Shown piece after piece: positions 63,414 to 64,000 of a stretch of 64,000 nt of DNA; the first letter of the stretch is position 1; each line of letters starts with the position of its first letter. The notes under the pieces are model-generated. The model was not told the DNA's origin, did not search any database, and saw only the letters and a program-made list of their open reading frames with translations. The stretch lies in the NCBI GenBank assembly GCA_043812915.1, contig JBDRLQ010000004.1, positions 56,704-120,703 on the forward strand, read 5' to 3'. The position numbers were made by a program, and so were the translations under genes. Source of the stretch: Candidatus Micrarchaeota archaeon (GTDB lineage: Archaea > Micrarchaeota > Micrarchaeia > Anstonellales > Bilamarchaeaceae).

Positions 63414-64000
63414 TCACCTCAGAAGTGGCTTTGCCTTCTTGGGATCTTCCCCCTTTAGTGAAGCCCGTGCAGGCGGCTTTATTTTTGGAGCACCAGGTTT
63501 AAGGTCTATGTAGCTTCGCCATATCTCATTCTGCCTTCCTTCAGGAACTAGGCTCTTTACCAGCCTCCTCGCTTCATTTTTTTCAGATTCCGGGGGTCTA
63601 TCCGGGCAGCATGCCCTCAGCGCGAGGAAATCCTCCTTCGGGATTCTAAGCTTGGTTAGAAGATTGAATGCCGCGGTGCGAATGGGATAGTACCCGCGCA
63701 CACCGATTCCCTCGATTTCCTTTGCCTTCTCGCGCAGGGATGCTGCAATCTGCCCATCATCTGCAATCTGGCAGAGCGACTCAAGAGCGCTTGCTGAAAT
63801 CGAGCCATCGCAATCATCTGCTATCCTCAAGAGGAGATCGGTTGCAGTAGTCGCCCTTATCTTCCCAAGCGCAACTACAGCATCTTCGACGATACTCCAC
63901 ATTCTCTTCGAATCAGCAATTTCGAGAATGATGGTGATCAGCTCTTGCGCTCCGAACAAATCCGGGTGCTCTGGATTTGCCTCAACAATGTTTCCAAGCG
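63414..64000 (-). CDS. HEAT-repeat protein, partial (starts beyond window end)
   Basis: IVEDAVVALGKIRATTATDLLLRIA...ASALESLCQI; frame open to the window end. Confidence 0.65.
   Translation of the reverse strand, partial: LGNIVEANPEHPDLFGAQELITIILEIADSKRMWSIVEDAVVALGKIRATTATDLLLRIADDCDGSISASALESLCQIADDGQIAASLREKAKEIEGIGVRGYYPIRTAAFNLLTKLRIPKEDFLALRACCPDRPPESEKNEARRLVKSLVPEGRQNEIWRSYIDLKPGAPKIKPPARASLKGEDPKKAKPLLR

Overview
Archaeal chromosome segment. The archaeal-type r-proteins, RpoN, aEF-1alpha, Dph5 and an archaeal 16S rRNA show this directly. The divergent stand-alone 16S, non-canonical tRNA introns and many Arg-rich orphans suggest a DPANN lineage, probably Micrarchaeota (inference). 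Core loci are rpl18e-rpl13-rps9-rpoN-tRNA-Pro-rps2, tuf, asnS, rpl7ae-rps28e-rpl24e-ndk, 16S rRNA, a frameshifted gltX, an intein-containing class II RNR, FBP aldolase/phosphatase, dph5, dinB and a bacterial-type metK. These are interspersed with accessory genes. Strongest candidates for undescribed biology: (1) a compact regulon in which the same 16-bp palindrome sits at identical spacing before the TATA boxes of a HerA/VirB4-like ATPase and a convergent operon of Cys-rich repeat proteins, next to a Bat-type HTH regulator; (2) a secreted protein that looks like an outer-membrane beta-barrel carrying a transglutaminase-like Cys-His-Asp domain; (3) two tandem PLP-enzyme/TM/EF-hand receptor-like proteins; (4) an intact GGEEF diguanylate cyclase in an archaeon; (5) a leader peptide plus multi-hairpin RNA upstream of a small AT-hook/HTH gene; (6) four bulge-helix-bulge introns, two in the tRNA-Pro T-arm leaving a 5-nt exon and two in 16S; (7) a repeated 17-20 bp site bracketing single-gene cassettes in the AT-rich right end. 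All assignments come from motif recognition by eye; no searches were run.
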